Shown one piece after another: positions 7,593-10,219 of a stretch of 10,219 nt of DNA; within the stretch, counting starts at the first letter, position 1; every line of letters begins with the position of its first letter. The stretch comes from a virus, in UHGV virus genome UHGV-0275486, one strand, 5' to 3'. The notes beneath the pieces were generated by a model. That model did no database searches. It was given only the letters and a program-made list of their open reading frames with translations, and was not told where the DNA came from. The position numbers and the translations under genes are program-made.

Positions 7593-8517
7593 TGATTTTT
7601 GCGCCTTTATTCTGACTCACGGGCGACCGGACAAAGTTCTGACTTACCGGACGTTGCGTCGTGCTGGCTATACCGGGAAAATTTTTATCGTTGTTGATGA
7701 TGAAGATAAGACACGGCATCAGTACATGGCTGAATTTGGTGAACAGGTGCTGGTGTTTTCCAAAGCCGATATCGCCAGTCGTTTTGACGAAGCCGATAAT
7801 TTCTGTGACCGCCGCTCAATTTTTTACGCCCGTAATGCCTGTTTCGACCTGGCAAAACTGGTCGGGTGTAAATACTTCATTCAGCTCGATGATGATTATC
7901 ACGAGTTCCAGTTTCGGGTGGATCGCAACTATGACCAGGCCTATTTTCCGATAAGGAAACTGGATGCGATCCTTTCTGAAATGCTGGCGTACTACGAATC
8001 AATACCTGCTCTTTCCATCGCTATGTCGCAGGGCGGGGATTTTCTTGGTGACAATGGCGGCCATGCTTCGTGGGTGAAACGCAAGGCAATGAACAGCTTT
8101 ATCTGTTCGGTTGATCGACCGTTCTCATTCATGGGGCGCATTAACGAGGATGTGAATACGTACACGAATCTCGGTCGCTGTGGTGAATTGTTTATGACGA
8201 TCGGTGCTGTCCAGTTAGGGCAGAAACAGACGCAGAAAAACAGCGGCGGAATGACCGAGCTGTATCTGGATTCCGGAACCTACGTTAAAAGTTTTTACTC
8301 CGTCATGTATGCGCCGTCGTGCGTAAAAATTTCACTGATGGGTGCCAGCCATAAACGCATTCACCATCAGGTCACCTGGAACAACGCTGCAGTAAAAATC
8401 CTTCACGAAAAATACAGGAAGAAGACACCCTGCATATCAATGGGGGTGACAAATGATTCCGTATTCGAAAGTCGAGTCTCTGGCAGCGTGCCGGATGACT
8501 GCACAACAAATCGCTGA
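7585..8517 (+). CDS. hypothetical protein with GT-A (family-2 glycosyltransferase-like) motif spacing
   Basis: 310 aa from ATG 7585, which follows GAGGAGGAGGA and overlaps the ParB-like stop (ATGCGTGA). The N-terminus has a beta-strand (CAFILTHGRPD), then IFIVVDDEDK about 30 residues later and FIQLDDDY about 55 residues after that. This matches the spacing of the DxD elements in GT-A folds such as SpsA as recalled. Function is inferred from motifs only. Confidence 0.55.
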   Translation: MRDDFCAFILTHGRPDKVLTYRTLRRAGYTGKIFIVVDDEDKTRHQYMAEFGEQVLVFSKADIASRFDEADNFCDRRSIFYARNACFDLAKLVGCKYFIQLDDDYHEFQFRVDRNYDQAYFPIRKLDAILSEMLAYYESIPALSIAMSQGGDFLGDNGGHASWVKRKAMNSFICSVDRPFSFMGRINEDVNTYTNLGRCGELFMTIGAVQLGQKQTQKNSGGMTELYLDSGTYVKSFYSVMYAPSCVKISLMGASHKRIHHQVTWNNAAVKILHEKYRKKTPCISMGVTNDSVFESRVSGSVPDDCTTNR

Positions 8518-8704
8518 CGTTCTGGATGTTGATCTGAACCGACTGAAAGAAAATCGGGAAGCAATGACAGATTTTTATGCGGCCATCCGTAAGGGCAGAG
8601 CGAAAGGTGAAGCCGAGTTACGAGCGGCATTGTTTAAGCTTGCCAGAAAAGGGGATGCCTTTGCTCTGCGCGAACTACTCAGGGTGGATAAAAATCAGGA
8701 CTAA
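8453..8704 (+). CDS. small hypothetical protein upstream of the small terminase (possible DNA-binding accessory protein)
   Basis: 83-aa ORF with GGGGGTGA 4 nt upstream of the ATG. Helical, basic, protein-like composition. Overlaps the end of the preceding gene by 65 nt and stops 3 nt before the terminase gene. Confidence 0.45.
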   Translation: MIPYSKVESLAACRMTAQQIADVLDVDLNRLKENREAMTDFYAAIRKGRAKGEAELRAALFKLARKGDAFALRELLRVDKNQD

Positions 8705-8707
8705 CTG

Positions 8708-9154
8708 ATGAGCAGACCGGACTGGGGGGCGTTGCAGCAGGAGTATATTGCTGAATACACCCGCTCCGGTATATCTCCGGTGGCATGGTGTGAAGCAAGG
8801 GGACTGAATTACGCAACAGCCCGTCGTTACATCAAAAAAACTCCGAAAAATGCGCAGACAGAAATGCGCAAAACTGCGCAAAAAAGTGCGCAGAAAAAAT
8901 CTGCGCAGACTGCACAAAAGCGGAACGAAAAATCTCAGGAAAAAAAGCCAGTATTCGATGCGGGCCTGAATGAGGGCGACGCGGAGGAATTTTCGTTCTG
9001 TCCCGATGATTTCGGCATTTCTGACCAGCAGGCTAAGTTTGCGATGCTTGTTGCTCAGGGTAAAAAGCCGACAGAGGCGTACCGACTATCTGGATTTTTT
9101 CAAAGGCGAGATAGGGAAAACCCATCTGGCTCAGGAGCTGTGGACGCAGATTGA
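8708..9154 (+). pseudogene. terminase small subunit, truncated at the 3-prime end and running into unrelated sequence
   Basis: The N-terminal 130 residues look like a small terminase: a helix-turn-helix-like segment (ISPVAWCEARGLNYATARRYIKK), a K/Q/A-rich linker, and the conserved [27 protein letters not shown] motif. After about nt 9097 the frame decays into an unrelated 18-residue tail ending at TGA 9152-9154. Another frame carries tail-protein J-like sequence from about 9084. Confidence 0.6.
8851..8916 (+). repeat. cluster of TGCGCA hexamers inside the small terminase gene
   Basis: TGCGCA at 8851, 8865, 8875, 8887 and 8902, plus TGCACA at 8911, spaced 9-15 bp. The region encodes the K/Q/A-rich linker. 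Confidence 0.5.
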
Positions 9155-9797
9155 TAACGGTCAGCTTGCGCCTGACCTGGCTGAAATCAGGACATCCATT
9201 ACGGATGTCAGCAATGAAATCACACAGACCGTCAATAAGAAACTGGAAGACCAGAGTGCAGCGATCCAGCAGATACAGAAGGTTCAGGTTGATACAAATA
9301 ATAACCTGAACAGCATGTGGGCCGTGAAACTGCAGCAGATGCAGGACGGACGCCTTTATATTGCGGGTATCGGTGCCGGTATTGAGAATACGCCAGCAGG
9401 AATGCAGAGTCAGGTGCTGCTGGCGGCAGACAGGATTGCGATGATTAATCCTGCGAATGGCAACACAAAGCCGATGTTTGTTGGTCAGGGTGATCAGATA
9501 TTCATGAACGACGTGTTCCTGAAACGCCTGACGGCTCCCACCATTACCAGCGGCGGTAATCCTCCTGCATTTTCCCTTACACCGGACGGGCGACTGACGG
9601 CGAAAAATGCGGATATCAGTGGCAGTGTGAATGCGAACGCCGGGACGCTCAACAATGTCACGATAAATGAAAACTGTCGGGTTCTGGGAAAACTGTCTGC
9701 GAACCAGATTGAAGGCGATCTCGTTAAAACAGTGGGCAAAGCTTTCCCCCGGGACTCCCGTGCACCGGAGCGGTGGCCATCAGGGACCATTACCTGA
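9084..9797 (+). pseudogene. C-terminal fragment of tail-tip / host-specificity protein J homologue
   Basis: From about 9084 the frame encodes sequence ([23 protein letters not shown]...[77 protein letters not shown]...) that closely matches the C-terminal region of lambda J as recalled. There is no J N-terminus, which would be about 900 aa. The frame stops at TGA 9795-9797, before where lambda J ends. Confidence 0.6.
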
Positions 9798-9835
9798 GTA
9801 TACGCCGTTTAGGGCCAACCGGGCTAATCAATAGC

Positions 9836-10219
9836 ATGCAAATGCGTTACGGCCTGGTTAAAGATGATGGCTTTATTGAGGTTTGGGCCTTCCAGCGTGC
9901 ATTTATCAACGGCGCAAAGGTTGCGGTACTGGCGCAGACGGCACGCACGGAATTATACATTCCAGACGGATTTGTTAAGCAAACCGCCGCGCCTTCTGGA
10001 TATGTTGAAAGCCCCGTTGTAAGGATTTACGACCAGTTAAACAAGCCGACTAAAGCAGATTTGGGCCTTGAAAATGCGATGCTTACAGGCGCTTTCGGTC
10101 TTGGCGGTAGCGGGATATCAACAAACGGCAAGATGAGCGATGTAGAGATCTTAAAAGCTCTGCGTGACAAAGGTGGTCATTTCTGGCGCGGTGATAAGCC
10201 GACCGGAAGCACGGCGACC
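9836..10219 (+). CDS. hypothetical protein, 5-prime part only (runs off the window)
   Basis: A different + frame from the J fragment is open from 9728 to the window end, with the first ATG at 9836 (MQMRYGLVKDDGFIEVWAFQRAF...). No strong ribosome-binding site and no recognised homologue. It may be a frame-shifted continuation of the tail-fibre region or a separate gene. Confidence 0.3.
   Translation, partial: MQMRYGLVKDDGFIEVWAFQRAFINGAKVAVLAQTARTELYIPDGFVKQTAAPSGYVESPVVRIYDQLNKPTKADLGLENAMLTGAFGLGGSGISTNGKMSDVEILKALRDKGGHFWRGDKPTGSTAT

Noticed and set aside
8851-8916. TGCGCA repeat cluster as a CRISPR array
   Set aside because: Repeat units are 6 bp with irregular 9-15 bp spacing, inside a coding region. 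This does not match CRISPR repeat-spacer architecture.
6971-8917. ORFs 6971-7177 (-), 7137-7565 (-), 7661-7954 (+), 8403-8630 (-) and 8675-8917 (-)
   Set aside because: Nested within or antisense to the ParB-like, GT-A-like and terminase genes. Arg/Ser-rich low-complexity translations typical of non-coding frames.
9494-9790. 98-aa minus-strand ORF opposite the J fragment
   Set aside because: Antisense to sequence with clear J-protein similarity, with no start context.

Overview
This window reads as part of a defective lambdoid prophage of an Escherichia-like enterobacterium, resembling the Rac prophage and phage 21 lysis region. All family and homology assignments are from recalled motifs and sequences, not database searches. 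Nearly all genes are on the + strand, in lambdoid late-region order: two nin-region genes (DUF1367-like, YbcO/DUF1364-like), a Q-type antiterminator, a terminator, two adjacent tRNA genes (Thr-UGU, Gly-UCC) and two more terminators. Then comes a lysis cassette: a phage-21-type pinholin, a DUF1327/YdfR-like gene plus a convergent antisense ORF inserted before the SAR endolysin, and lambda-type Rz with embedded Rz1. Downstream are an AT-rich trkG potassium-transporter cargo gene, a translationally coupled ParB/Srx-like plus GT-A-like gene pair, a small ORF, and a small-terminase gene that runs out of frame into a C-terminal fragment of a tail-tip protein J homologue. That fusion is a deletion scar removing the large terminase, portal, head and most tail genes. 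The two best candidates for an undescribed function are the ParB-like/GT-A-like pair (6801-8517) and the insertion inside the lysis cassette (3386-4073).
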